Source: Candidatus Poribacteria bacterium
GTDB taxonomy: Bacteria > Poribacteria > WGA-4E > WGA-3G
Reading direction: 5' to 3'
Length of the DNA: 64,000 nucleotides
NCBI GenBank assembly: GCA_965232115.1
Contig: OZ246958.1
Span: 4,098,841 to 4,162,840 of the forward strand
Part shown: positions 38,150 to 47,788 of the stretch, piece by piece
Layout of the letters: each line of letters opens with the position of its first letter
Position numbering within the stretch: position 1 is the stretch's first letter
Made by a program: the position numbers and the translations under genes
Notes under the pieces: generated by a model
Seen by the model: only the letters and a program-made list of their open reading frames with translations
The model's database searches: none
Told to the model about the DNA's origin: nothing

Positions 38150-38971
38150 CTACTTGGTCCCTATTGCAAGGATATGCGCACTCATGCCGAGTATCGAAGG
38201 CTCTGCTTCGACTTTGCGAATCAAATTTAAAACGACAGAACGCAGGTCTGGGTCTGTCCAATAATTTTGAAACGATTCAAAAAGCCACGCTGGTCCTTCA
38301 ACAGCAAGCGTCGCTTGATGTTGAAAACCGGCTGCAACCACTTCAGAATTGAGTGCTTCGGGACGGTGAAGATACGCATCCGTGAAGTACTTAAGGTCCT
38401 CGGTCAGGTTCTGATGGTAACCCGTTTCAAGGTCGTTTTGAACAATGTCCACGTGAATAGGATTCCTGAATCGACCCTCAAAAAAACTGTCGAGCATGGA
38501 CGCAAAGCGTGAGATACCGGCAGCAATCATAACCCCACCCTCTTGCAATACGCGGTATGCCTCGCTGAGTACGAGCAACCGCTCGTTCTTATCAATGAGG
38601 TGATAAAGCGGTCCCAATAATAGCACAGCATCCGCAGACATAGACGAAAAACGCAGTGCCCGCGCGTCGCCAAGCGATATGCTCGCAATTGGATGTTCGG
38701 ATTGTTGATTTGATGCTGCTTTCGCCTGCTCAATGTGTGTATCCACAGGATCTACGAGGTGGACCTCGTAGCCCTCCTTTGCTAACCAACAGGCATAGGG
38801 TCCCGAACCCCCTCCGATGTCCAGGATCACTGCCGGTGGTGCGGGTAGATAGCGTGTGATAATCTCTTGGGTGCGTACGAACTCCAGTTGCCCTTTGACA
38901 CTGGTTGTAAGTCTGTTTGCCTCTTGTGTCTGTCTATAAAACGAAAGAATCTTATCTGAAAGTTGATACAA
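38150..38971 (-). CDS. class I SAM-dependent methyltransferase
   Basis: VILDIGGGSGPYACWLA motif I, followed by VHLVDPV. Confidence 0.75.
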   Translation of the reverse strand: MYQLSDKILSFYRQTQEANRLTTSVKGQLEFVRTQEIITRYLPAPPAVILDIGGGSGPYACWLAKEGYEVHLVDPVDTHIEQAKAASNQQSEHPIASISLGDARALRFSSMSADAVLLLGPLYHLIDKNERLLVLSEAYRVLQEGGVMIAAGISRFASMLDSFFEGRFRNPIHVDIVQNDLETGYHQNLTEDLKYFTDAYLHRPEALNSEVVAAGFQHQATLAVEGPAWLFESFQNYWTDPDLRSVVLNLIRKVEAEPSILGMSAHILAIGTK

Positions 38972-38994
38972 TTTTTATTCCTTAGTGAAATTAA

Positions 38995-39756
38995 TTACTG
39001 GGTCCGTTTCACCCATGCCCACGTTGTCGCCAACTTATCACCTGGCTCAACAGAAAGTGGCTCAAGGTCAAGATCATTGGTAACATCAATATAATTTGGC
39101 TTTCCAAATCCACCCTTGCCATCATTTCCGTTTTTGGTATTATCGTTAGCATCACCCGCATCGAAAGTATAGTGCGCGTTTAGACCCTTTTCATCACCGT
39201 TGAGGACTTTCATCATAAATTCATTAATCTCTTCTTCGGTGCGAGCAACTTCCCAGATACGGATTTCATCAATGGCACCTGTACAGAACCAATTTTGACT
39301 ATCACCGACCCCGATATACAGGGAAGCATCGGTTGCCGCTAATTCCTTTGCTCCAAAAGCTGCGGCCCCCTTCTCTTCGCCATCAATATATGTCCGCATC
39401 TCCTTACCATCCCAGACACCCGCGACATGTTGCCATTCGTTCGGCTTCAATCCAGGGACATCAAGGATTTTTGTGCCGGGCCAAAGGACAAATCGTAATC
39501 CCGTCCCGTTTTGGACAATCTCTGGAAAAATGTAATCCCTTTGACCGCCCCAGTCCTTTGCAAGACACTCACCGACCGGTTTACTCATGTTCATCCACGC
39601 CTCTATCGTTATCGCGGTTTTGGGATTTAAACTGTCGCTGTTTGGCACTTCGATAGCTGTTGCCCCATCTAATTCCAGTGCCAGATTCTGTGCCCAAAGC
39701 GTACCAATAGGCATTATCAAACTCATAATGCAAGTTATAAGAAACAGAACTTTCAT
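38995..39756 (-). CDS. secreted LamG/concanavalin-A-like lectin-domain protein
   Basis: Signal peptide. LALELDGATAIEVPNSDSLNP...ITIEAWMN and ASLYIGVG blocks typical of Laminin_G_3 domains. Confidence 0.6.
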   Translation of the reverse strand: MKVLFLITCIMSLIMPIGTLWAQNLALELDGATAIEVPNSDSLNPKTAITIEAWMNMSKPVGECLAKDWGGQRDYIFPEIVQNGTGLRFVLWPGTKILDVPGLKPNEWQHVAGVWDGKEMRTYIDGEEKGAAAFGAKELAATDASLYIGVGDSQNWFCTGAIDEIRIWEVARTEEEINEFMMKVLNGDEKGLNAHYTFDAGDANDNTKNGNDGKGGFGKPNYIDVTNDLDLEPLSVEPGDKLATTWAWVKRTQ

Positions 39757-39795
39757 GGTCTTCCTCCTGAGTTGTCGATTTCGATTAGCAATCGT

Positions 39796-40554
39796 TCATT
39801 TTGATTCTGGGTTCGGCTTGCGACCTCCGAAGATAGCATGCCCAGCCTTCATCCAGAAAACATCAACATCAACAAATCCGGCTTCATCAAGCCATTTAAG
39901 TTGATCAAACAAAGATGACGGTTTATCAATCGAATCTGGGTCGGGTTCGGGTTGTGCATAATGGTTCCAACCCAATTCACGAAACTGTTCATATCCTCTC
40001 AAATCACCATCCAAATCCAGTGAACGTTGACGCACGGCTTCGTTCCAAGCCTTCGCTGCAAGCCTTTGTCCAAAAGGATCCATCGGCTCAGTCAGATCAG
40101 CGATAATGAAACTGCCACCCGGCATCAGGAGCGATGCCATATCTTTGAACAGTGTTTGTTTCTCAACAGCATCTAAGTGATGGATCGCCAGAGAAGATAC
40201 AATAGCATGGACGGGGACAGGCAATTCGCGCCAATCGCTTGCAGCTAAATCGAAGAGGTGTGTCTTAAAACGCTCTCCATAAGCAGCAAGTGCCTTTTCG
40301 GCGTGAGCAAGCATTGTCGGAGAACCGTCTAAACCGTAGACGTGGCATTCAGGAAACCTATCCAACAGTGCCCGCGTAAGGAGTCCAGCACCGCAACAGA
40401 GATCGAGAATATAAGTGGGTTTCGATGGAGATGGAATCACTTCACAAATGCAATCAATTTGGATCTCTCGGTCAGGGACGAAGTATTTGCCGTAGTCAAT
40501 GAAATCTTGGGAATTTTCCTCTGCCCATTGCGGTTTAGTAATAGAATCTTGCAT
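39796..40554 (-). CDS. class I SAM-dependent methyltransferase
   Basis: ILDLCCGAGLLTRALL motif I, with a downstream GLDGSPTM. The start is set at the internal Met (MQDSI) to avoid upstream junk. Confidence 0.7.
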   Translation of the reverse strand: MQDSITKPQWAEENSQDFIDYGKYFVPDREIQIDCICEVIPSPSKPTYILDLCCGAGLLTRALLDRFPECHVYGLDGSPTMLAHAEKALAAYGERFKTHLFDLAASDWRELPVPVHAIVSSLAIHHLDAVEKQTLFKDMASLLMPGGSFIIADLTEPMDPFGQRLAAKAWNEAVRQRSLDLDGDLRGYEQFRELGWNHYAQPEPDPDSIDKPSSLFDQLKWLDEAGFVDVDVFWMKAGHAIFGGRKPNPESK

Positions 40555-40582
40555 AACATATATCTCTGGGTAACGTTTAAAA

Positions 40583-41479
40583 CTATGATGCCAAGTCGTC
40601 AAGCATTTGGCGAATTTTCTGTTCACCACTATCAATAAATAACGGAGCCAATGGACCTCTACCGTGCAGGGTTTGGAGTAGCGTGTCAATTTGTATCATA
40701 CGTTGTTGCGGTGTGCGACACTTGCGCCATTTTTTTACGAACTCACGAGCGGGTTGTGGATTCCCAGTCCGTAGGGACCGAACACTTTTGCGCCACTCCT
40801 GCCACCTGAAGGCATGTTCACAATTCGGACATTCGAGTTTTTCATCCTTCTTTTTTAGACTCTTTCGGTAAGCCCGCCATCGCCGTTTGTAGCCGCAGAC
40901 GGTACATTCAATATTACCGTGCTGATGGAGGGCGACGCTTTGACATTTGGGACATTGCAACTCAGGATCGGATCGCCAATTTCTGGAGGTTCGCTCCACT
41001 GGCGGTGGATCCGGTCTACGGACGAGCTCAAGACAGTGAGGACAGGGTAAGAGGACACGGGTTCTCACCGACTGCTTATAGGCTTCCTGGGACCATGTTT
41101 TACCACAGGTGCATCGCAACACAACTTCTTTCTGTAGAACGGCGCGACAATCAAAACATCGCGGGGTGTCTCGGAGGGCTTGACGGCAGTCGCGCCAGAG
41201 GAGTCGTCCGGTGCAGTGGGGGCAGTGAAACCAGTGTTCGTGAGTTCCGCCTTCGCCTTTACTAAAGAGCGGGTCAATCCGGCGCGTGATCTTCGTTCTG
41301 CATTTTGGACATGGCACACGTCCCTCGCGATAAACATCGGCGACTGTGGCGATGTCTGCACAGCGAGCGTAGAGTTCCCAACCGACATCGTGTAAAAGTG
41401 TATCTTCATAGATGCCGAGTCGAGCATATCGGTAAAGTTGACGGATTTTGATGGGTTTGACCCGCGGTGCCCAGTCCAT
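40583..41479 (-). CDS. cysteine-rich multi-zinc-ribbon protein (8 CxxC pairs), basic, hypothetical
   Basis: CPKC, CPHC, CFDC, CTCG, CPHC, CPKC, CTVC and CPNC, spaced as ~4 Zn-ribbons. Lys/Arg-rich. 298 aa. Confidence 0.55.
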   Translation of the reverse strand: MDWAPRVKPIKIRQLYRYARLGIYEDTLLHDVGWELYARCADIATVADVYREGRVPCPKCRTKITRRIDPLFSKGEGGTHEHWFHCPHCTGRLLWRDCRQALRDTPRCFDCRAVLQKEVVLRCTCGKTWSQEAYKQSVRTRVLLPCPHCLELVRRPDPPPVERTSRNWRSDPELQCPKCQSVALHQHGNIECTVCGYKRRWRAYRKSLKKKDEKLECPNCEHAFRWQEWRKSVRSLRTGNPQPAREFVKKWRKCRTPQQRMIQIDTLLQTLHGRGPLAPLFIDSGEQKIRQMLDDLAS

Positions 41480-41500
41480 AGTAGGTATTTTCTCTACAAG

Positions 41501-42520
41501 TCAGGCAGAAATTTGAACGACCTTTCCTGTTTCAACGCTACGGCTAATCGCCTCCAAAACACGCATGTTCTGACAGGCATCCTCAAGACTGGCGTGTGGT
41601 TGCGTGCCTTCTTGCAACGACTTTGCCCAATGTTGCATCTCTTCGAGATAGCCGGGTCTGCCAATACCGTGGTATGCGGTGTTGAGATCCCACGCTTCAG
41701 TCGGTGTATCAGCGTAACCGCCCCCCTCACCGAGCCATGTCGGCATACGATAACGACGCAATTGGCGCGTCTCCAACACCTGAATTGCTTGATTACCAGT
41801 GCCTTTGATGAAAACCATCGCTTCTAAAACGGGCCCAGTGCCGAGGGTCATCGTCCCGATGCCGCCGTTCTCGTAGCGGAGGTTCACAGATAACGACACA
41901 GTGCTGGATGCTGTATCAACCGTCCCCGTCGCATAAACTTCACTGACTTGTCCCATAAAGAAACGCATACAATCGGTCGGATGGATTACTTGATCAAGCA
42001 TGAAGGGCCACGCAAACGGGGACCCCGCCTCCTGAAGCCGCGGACCTGGGGCGAGATAGCGTGTATGATACTGGCATGCCGCACCGAACGCTTCTTCGTC
42101 CATCAGCTGCTTGGCAATCTGGTGTGCGGGTGCATGCCGCCACATTGTGCCTACCATGCCTGTCTTACCGGTTTCATTTGACGCATCAACAAGCATTTTC
42201 GCGCCTTCAGCAGTAGTCGCAGGAGGCTTCTCAGTGTAGATGTGATACCCGCGGCGGAGACAAGCAATACCGATGTCTCGATGGAGTTTATCCTCGGGTC
42301 TACCGACAACAGCGACTGCGTAGAGATCCTCATTTGCAAACATCTCGTTGTAATCCGTATAATGACGGAGTGCCCCGAACTTTCGGGCATTGGATTCTGC
42401 TTTTTCTTTAACGAGGTCACAGGTAGCGACGAATTCAAACGCCGGCACCATCGGTATACACTGCTGCAATTGCGAAGACATGCCACCACAACCGATAAAA
42501 GCAATTCGGATTTTATCCAT
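41501..42520 (-). CDS. Gfo/Idh/MocA-family oxidoreductase
   Basis: MDKIRIAFIGCGGMS Rossmann start and an EKP-like TEKPPATT motif. Confidence 0.75.
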   Translation of the reverse strand: MDKIRIAFIGCGGMSSQLQQCIPMVPAFEFVATCDLVKEKAESNARKFGALRHYTDYNEMFANEDLYAVAVVGRPEDKLHRDIGIACLRRGYHIYTEKPPATTAEGAKMLVDASNETGKTGMVGTMWRHAPAHQIAKQLMDEEAFGAACQYHTRYLAPGPRLQEAGSPFAWPFMLDQVIHPTDCMRFFMGQVSEVYATGTVDTASSTVSLSVNLRYENGGIGTMTLGTGPVLEAMVFIKGTGNQAIQVLETRQLRRYRMPTWLGEGGGYADTPTEAWDLNTAYHGIGRPGYLEEMQHWAKSLQEGTQPHASLEDACQNMRVLEAISRSVETGKVVQISA

Positions 42521-42833
42521 AATGTATATATTCTCCAATTCTTTCGTAGGAGTGAGCCCCAGCTCGCGACCTCCCACTGTATCCTATTCAAAAAGTTGGG
42601 CAACTCGACAAGAAAACCCCGGCACAACATCCTCACCGGACCGGTAAGCGTGTCGGTATCCGTAAACACTTTAATATCTGTTTTAGAACGATATACTGTT
42701 ACTGTTTTCATGACAGATTCAACAACCCATACCATTTGGGTGCCGGCATCCAGATAGGCTTGGACCTTTTCGGTGACGCGCCATTGAACATCTGTTGGCG
42801 AGACGACTTCGGCTTTTCGATCCTCCTTACAAA

Positions 42834-43553
42834 CTATGCTATGCCTAATAGGTCTGCCAACTCGTTAAAATCATTGGCAACCAAGTCAGATGGATGCGCA
42901 GTCACTTCCTGAACCCTACCGGGTCCATATTCCAATGGACGCGGCACGAGTGCCGTTTGAAAACCGACGGCTTGGGAGGCACGGAGATCACCAGGATGTG
43001 CGGCGACCATCATGACTTCATTCGGAGATAAGCCAAGTAGGGCAGCAGCGGTCTCGTAAACTTCGGGGTCTGGTTTATAATGCCCCGTTAATTCGGCAGA
43101 AAGGATACAGTCCCACGGAAGTTCCCCAAATTTTGCCATATTCGTTAGCAGTGCGACGTTGCCGTTAGAGAGTGTAGCAACAACATATCGCCTGCGTAAC
43201 CGCGTTAAGCCACTGACAGCATCGGGCCACGGCTTGAGCCGATGCCAGACCCGATTCAGATGGTCTGTATCGGCTTCAGTCAAGCCAGTAATATTAAACT
43301 CATCAAGAAGATCATCCAAAATCAACCGATGCAGTGCGTCAATGTTCTGCCACGGTAATTCACCCTGTCGCACCTTATTCATTGCGGGTCCGTATCCGGC
43401 ACGCCATTTCAGAGCAAATTGTGCCCAATCAATATCAATACCGTGGGTCTCTCCAAATTTTTCACCCTCAGCGACAATTGAACCATACCAGTCTACAACT
43501 GTGCCGAAGACATCGAAAGTAAGTGCCTTGACTTCAGAGGGAGTGCTTTGCAT
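42834..43553 (-). CDS. HAD-superfamily hydrolase (haloacid dehalogenase type II-like)
   Basis: N-terminal LTFDVFGTVVDW (DxxGT-like motif I) and C-terminal HAD motifs. 239 aa. Confidence 0.65.
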   Translation of the reverse strand: MQSTPSEVKALTFDVFGTVVDWYGSIVAEGEKFGETHGIDIDWAQFALKWRAGYGPAMNKVRQGELPWQNIDALHRLILDDLLDEFNITGLTEADTDHLNRVWHRLKPWPDAVSGLTRLRRRYVVATLSNGNVALLTNMAKFGELPWDCILSAELTGHYKPDPEVYETAAALLGLSPNEVMMVAAHPGDLRASQAVGFQTALVPRPLEYGPGRVQEVTAHPSDLVANDFNELADLLGIA

Positions 43554-43740
43554 TGTGTTATGTCCCTATGCGTGATCTGAAGGTTTGAAAACAAAGTGGC
43601 TGGTTCTCCTGTTTAATCCATCTCACATCATACACCAATTTATCCCAATTGTCCACTGAATTGTTTTATAAAAAAGCACTCTGGCGTGAGATTGGACGCC
43701 AGAGTGGAAAAAAGGTTATATATTTCAAGCCTAAAGATTA

Positions 43741-44334
43741 TCAGTCATAGGCTGCCCGATAAGGTGCCAAAAACTTTTGAAGCTGCCGAATCGCAGCATT
43801 TTTGCGGGAGGCAACGGTGCCAATCGGACATTGGACGATCTCAGCAACTTCTTGATAAGATAATCCTTGAAGTTCTGTTAGCCGAAACACGACTTGGTGT
43901 TCTTTCGACAGTTTATTGATTGCAGTCTGAATCGCCTCATAAGTCTCTTTGGCAATGAGCAGTGCCTCTGGTGAACAGTGTGTGTCTGCGGTAGCAACAA
44001 CGATTGGGTGAAAGTTTTCATCATCATCTCCATAGTGTACATCCAATGATTCTATTTGAGGTTTCCTTTTCTCTTTTGCCAACTGCTTCAAACAGAGGTT
44101 TTTGGCAATGTGATAAAGGAAGGTTCTGAATTTTGCGATTGGGCGGTACGTTGGTACGCAGCGCCATAACCGTAGAAACGTCTCTTGACAAAGATCTTCC
44201 GCAAGCGGCCGGTTCTTAACGAACCGATAGATAAAGTTTAAAGTGTTTGCGTAATGACGTTCGGTTAGAATTCGGAATGCGTCTCTGTTTCCGTCTTTCA
44301 CAGAGAGCATCAACTGCTCATCAGTCTGTAACAT
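43741..44334 (-). CDS. ECF-subfamily RNA polymerase sigma-70 factor
   Basis: Region 2 (LCQETFLRLWR) and region 4 (LSYQEVAEI...GTVASR). ~197 aa from the internal Met. Confidence 0.8.
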   Translation of the reverse strand: MLQTDEQLMLSVKDGNRDAFRILTERHYANTLNFIYRFVKNRPLAEDLCQETFLRLWRCVPTYRPIAKFRTFLYHIAKNLCLKQLAKEKRKPQIESLDVHYGDDDENFHPIVVATADTHCSPEALLIAKETYEAIQTAINKLSKEHQVVFRLTELQGLSYQEVAEIVQCPIGTVASRKNAAIRQLQKFLAPYRAAYD

Positions 44335-44642
44335 GCTTGTCTCCTCAAAGAGGAGCGTATCAAGCGAAGGCGCGCAACCCTCCCTTCCTTCCATAGTGGA
44401 GGATGCCTGCTTGTTCACTCCTCGGTCTGTGCCTTCTCCATAATCGAGTCTTAATCCAACAACGGAACGCACTGGCAGTGTTAAATGCCCGCGCTTTCAA
44501 GGAGGTGCGGTCTCCTAAATTACAATCTCGCACTTTTCCTCCGGTCCCGCTACTCCATACACTCTTTCCAATTCTCCAATCGTGAGGCATTGCCTCTGCT
44601 AAACATAAAACGTATTGACGCATTTTGTAACCTCTCCTTTTT

Positions 44643-44685
44643 CGGTTAAATCATCAGATAGGGACGGTATTTAACCGCCTTTTTT
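44643..44685 (+). terminator. intrinsic-terminator-like hairpin (CGGTTAAAT-17nt-ATTTAACCG) followed by TTTTTT on the plus strand
   Basis: Perfect 9-bp stem read directly, and a 6-T run at 44680-44685. No annotated plus-strand gene lies upstream. Confidence 0.4.
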
Positions 44686-44804
44686 ATTTCACCATAAAAA
44701 ACTATTAAGAGTTTAATCCATAGATTCGGAAAAAATTCATTTAAAATTAAAAAAAATACTTAGACCGCTGCTGCCACGTTCGGAGATATGTGTAGAGATA
44801 TTCC

Positions 44805-45911
44805 TTACACCCGAATTGGATGAAACGGTTCCAGTGACAATGAAGGTTTCCCAGTCGTGAGGAGTTCCGCTATAACCTGCCCAGTAATGGGTGCGAGAAG
44901 AATCCCGTTTTTGAAATGTCCGGATGCCAAGACGACGTTGTCGTATCCGGGTAGATAGCCGAGAAGGGGCCCTTTTCTGGCGTACGGACGCAAGCCTGCC
45001 CACGTTTGGACAAAGGTAGCCTGTGCCAACTGAGGTGCAATAGCGACCGCTGCATCAATCATCTGTTTAGTGCCCTCAACCGTTGTGCTTTTGTCATAGC
45101 CGACGAATTCGACTGTTGCACCGAGCAGGACCTTGCCGTCTGCTCTCGGAACGATGTAGATGCCGAGTCCATCAATTGTCCGCTCGAAAAGCGGTGGCAT
45201 CGCTTTAATGAGGACTATTTGTCCCTTCGCGGGTCCAATCTGCATTGGAACACCAAGGTCCGCAGTAAGTTCACCTGCCCAACATCCGTTAGCAATCACA
45301 AATGTGTCAGCGTATAAGGTTTCACCGTTCACAACAACCCCAACAACACGGTTACTTTCTCGGACAAAGCCGGTGACAGGATTTCCCAATTGGAATTTTG
45401 CCCCAAATTTCGCTGCACCCTTTGCGAGTGCGGCCACCATCTTCGGGTTGCGTACCTGTGCATCTTCGGGAAACAGCACCCCACCGACAATTGATCGTGA
45501 AAGTGCTGGCTCTAATTCCCACGCTTGCTCGGATGTCAAGACTTCGGTTGAAAAACCGTTTTTTACACGGCGGTCCGCGAGACCGATGAGTCCTGCTGCT
45601 TCAGTTGGATTGAAGAATACTGAGAGCGTTCCAGCCCGAATGAATTCAATATCTATCTGCGTCTCTGCGCGGAGTTCTTCCGCTAACGCCGGGTAGAGGG
45701 CAAGACTGGCGCGACAGAGTTCTGGATATGGCTCATGTGTTGAGGCGTGTGAGGTGAGAATCCCTGCACCTGCCCATGAGGCTTCTGTGCCGACAGCAGC
45801 AGCTTTGTCAATGAGAAGCGGTTGGATATCTCGTTTAGCGAGGTTGTAAGCGATAGCACACCCGATAATACCCCCGCCGATAACGATGACATCCGCATGA
45901 TTTCGACTCAA
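44805..45911 (-). CDS. FAD-dependent oxidoreductase, glycine-oxidase (ThiO)/DAO family
   Basis: VIVIGGGIIGCAIAY dinucleotide-binding motif. 368 aa. Confidence 0.65.
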   Translation of the reverse strand: MSRNHADVIVIGGGIIGCAIAYNLAKRDIQPLLIDKAAAVGTEASWAGAGILTSHASTHEPYPELCRASLALYPALAEELRAETQIDIEFIRAGTLSVFFNPTEAAGLIGLADRRVKNGFSTEVLTSEQAWELEPALSRSIVGGVLFPEDAQVRNPKMVAALAKGAAKFGAKFQLGNPVTGFVRESNRVVGVVVNGETLYADTFVIANGCWAGELTADLGVPMQIGPAKGQIVLIKAMPPLFERTIDGLGIYIVPRADGKVLLGATVEFVGYDKSTTVEGTKQMIDAAVAIAPQLAQATFVQTWAGLRPYARKGPLLGYLPGYDNVVLASGHFKNGILLAPITGQVIAELLTTGKPSLSLEPFHPIRV

Positions 45912-46306
45912 GTTAGTCCTCCGATTTGGGGAAGTGTTGTATTCGGAAAGAAACTCGCAAAGACGACAATAATTAATAGTTTAACACATTATGTGCCCGT
46001 TTTCAATTGGACTTGGCTTCAGTTTTTGGACGATATATGTTTCCTTTTAAGGAAAACGCCTTCGTAAAATACTAACAACCAAAAACTAATAACCAAAAAC
46101 CACTCAACTGTTTATACATATTTTCGGATGCACTTTTCTGAGACACAGAGAACCTCGAAAAAACAGCGTTATGAGATAGACTTTAGATTATGGTTTGAAA
46201 TTTCAACGAATTTCGTGTATAATTATCATAGACAGACCAAAGTGAACTATCTCAAATTCGGTGATGGGAAAAATAAAAAGGCACGCCTAATGTGAAAGGT
46301 TTTTAA

Positions 46307-46594
46307 ATGATCCTTGGAAAAGTTACAGGGACAGTCGTCGCGACGCAGAAAGATGAAAAATTGATTGGCAGTAAGTTGATGGTTGTCCAAGACGTAGATT
46401 TAAATGGCGAAGTCGACCGAAAATATACGGTCGCTGTGGATGCGGTCGGTGCGGGTATTGGTGAGATTGTGCTTGTTGCAACGGGTAGCTCAGCACGGCA
46501 GACCGATGTGACCAGCAACAAACCGGTTGATGCCGTCATCATGGCAATTGTTGATACCATAGAAGTTTGCGGAAAAGTGCGGTATCACAAGTAG
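46307..46594 (+). CDS. EutN/CcmL/PduN-family bacterial-microcompartment vertex protein homolog
   Basis: MILGKVTGTVVATQKDEKLIGSKLMVV...VAVDAVGAGIGEIVLVATGSSAR matches the EutN/CcmL pentamer family. 95 aa. Confidence 0.65.
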   Translation: MILGKVTGTVVATQKDEKLIGSKLMVVQDVDLNGEVDRKYTVAVDAVGAGIGEIVLVATGSSARQTDVTSNKPVDAVIMAIVDTIEVCGKVRYHK

Positions 46595-46597
46595 TAA

Positions 46598-47197
46598 ATG
46601 GAACGAGAGATGGAACGGGAACGTATCCGCGCCGAAACCCTCCAACGTCGCGATGGACTCGCGCAAGAAGTCCGATCGGTACTTAGCCGAAGGATCATCA
46701 ACTTCCTTGTCAGTTGGATACAGAACGAAGATTTCGATACTGTAATGCTCTATCTGAGCATGAAAAGTGAAGTGGAAACGTTCAGTTTGTTGGATATCTT
46801 GCTTCACCAAGAGAAGATAGTCTGTGCACCTGTAGTAGATACACATCAGTTAGAACTCACGCCTCGCCAGATTCGGGACCCCAAAACAGAACTCGTTCAG
46901 CACCGTTACGGTCTGTTAGAACCGAATGCGGCCTGCCCAATTTTCCCAGTCTCGCAGCTGCAGCTCATCATTGTCCCCGGTATCGCTTTCGATGCTAACG
47001 GCTATCGCCTCGGATACGGTAAGGGTTTCTATGACAGGTTCCTCGCGAAGTGTCCAGACGCTGTTAGAGTAGGATTGGCGTATCAGGTGCAGATTGTCGA
47101 AGATACATGCCCGCAAACGTGGGACCTCCCCGTACACTACATTTTCACAGAGAAGGGTATAATAGCTGTCAGCGATCAGCCATCAGCAGTCAGTTAA
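46598..47197 (+). CDS. 5-formyltetrahydrofolate cyclo-ligase
   Basis: C-terminal PGIAFDANGYRLGYGKGFYDRFL is the 5-FCL family signature. Confidence 0.75.
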   Translation: MEREMERERIRAETLQRRDGLAQEVRSVLSRRIINFLVSWIQNEDFDTVMLYLSMKSEVETFSLLDILLHQEKIVCAPVVDTHQLELTPRQIRDPKTELVQHRYGLLEPNAACPIFPVSQLQLIIVPGIAFDANGYRLGYGKGFYDRFLAKCPDAVRVGLAYQVQIVEDTCPQTWDLPVHYIFTEKGIIAVSDQPSAVS

Positions 47198-47371
47198 GAG
47201 GTTTCCACGTAACAATTCACCATATTTTTCGGCTTTATGATAACTATTTATGGTAGATTTTAGAATTAATTGGACGCTCTGCCCCGGCGAGGTTCGGAAA
47301 CCTTGAAGAAATCCGCAGAAATACCCTATCAAAGACACCAAGCAAAAACCCTACCGAGAAGGAGAGGATGT

Positions 47372-47788
47372 TTATTTATTTCCAGGATCCACCATAGCAT
47401 CAACAAAGGGTCTGAGTTTCTCTATAGTCTTCGGTCCGACACCTTTGACATTTTGGAGGGCATCCACACTGGTGAAATCACCGTGCTGTGTGCGATGGTC
47501 AATAATTCTTTCCGCCAGCCGCTCACCGATGTTAGGAAGGGTTTGGAGTTCTTCCGTAGAGGCAGTATTGATATTGAGAAGCACGGGTTTGTTCGATATA
47601 GCAGATTTTGTTGTGCGATCTTGCGGGTGTTCCGTGTTCGGCACAGCAATTAGATCCGGTTCTCCGAGAAATATGGCTGGTGCGAACCGCCGCACTCCCC
47701 AAAAGCCAGTTCCAGCCAAAATCAGTATCACGAGTAAAGTCACCGCTTTCCAATAATGGCGTTCAAGAGCATCTTCCACGCTATTCAT
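47372..47788 (-). CDS. comEA: ComEA-family helix-hairpin-helix DNA-binding protein
   Basis: TM anchor, then INTASTEELQTLPNIGERLAERII...VKGVGPKTIEKL (tandem HhH). Confidence 0.75.
   Translation of the reverse strand: MNSVEDALERHYWKAVTLLVILILAGTGFWGVRRFAPAIFLGEPDLIAVPNTEHPQDRTTKSAISNKPVLLNINTASTEELQTLPNIGERLAERIIDHRTQHGDFTSVDALQNVKGVGPKTIEKLRPFVDAMVDPGNK

Noticed and set aside
42578-42735. Short N-terminal part of ORF 42151-42735 as an independent small gene upstream of the Gfo/Idh/MocA gene
   Set aside because: No RBS and no recognisable motif. The rest of that ORF is an out-of-frame overlap with the oxidoreductase gene.
45912-46306. TPP riboswitch upstream of the ThiO-like oxidase
   Set aside because: I looked on the minus strand for the conserved CUGAGA ... 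ACCUGAUCUGGAUAAUGCCAGCG core and did not find it. The only CTGAGA is on the plus strand and lacks the flanking consensus.
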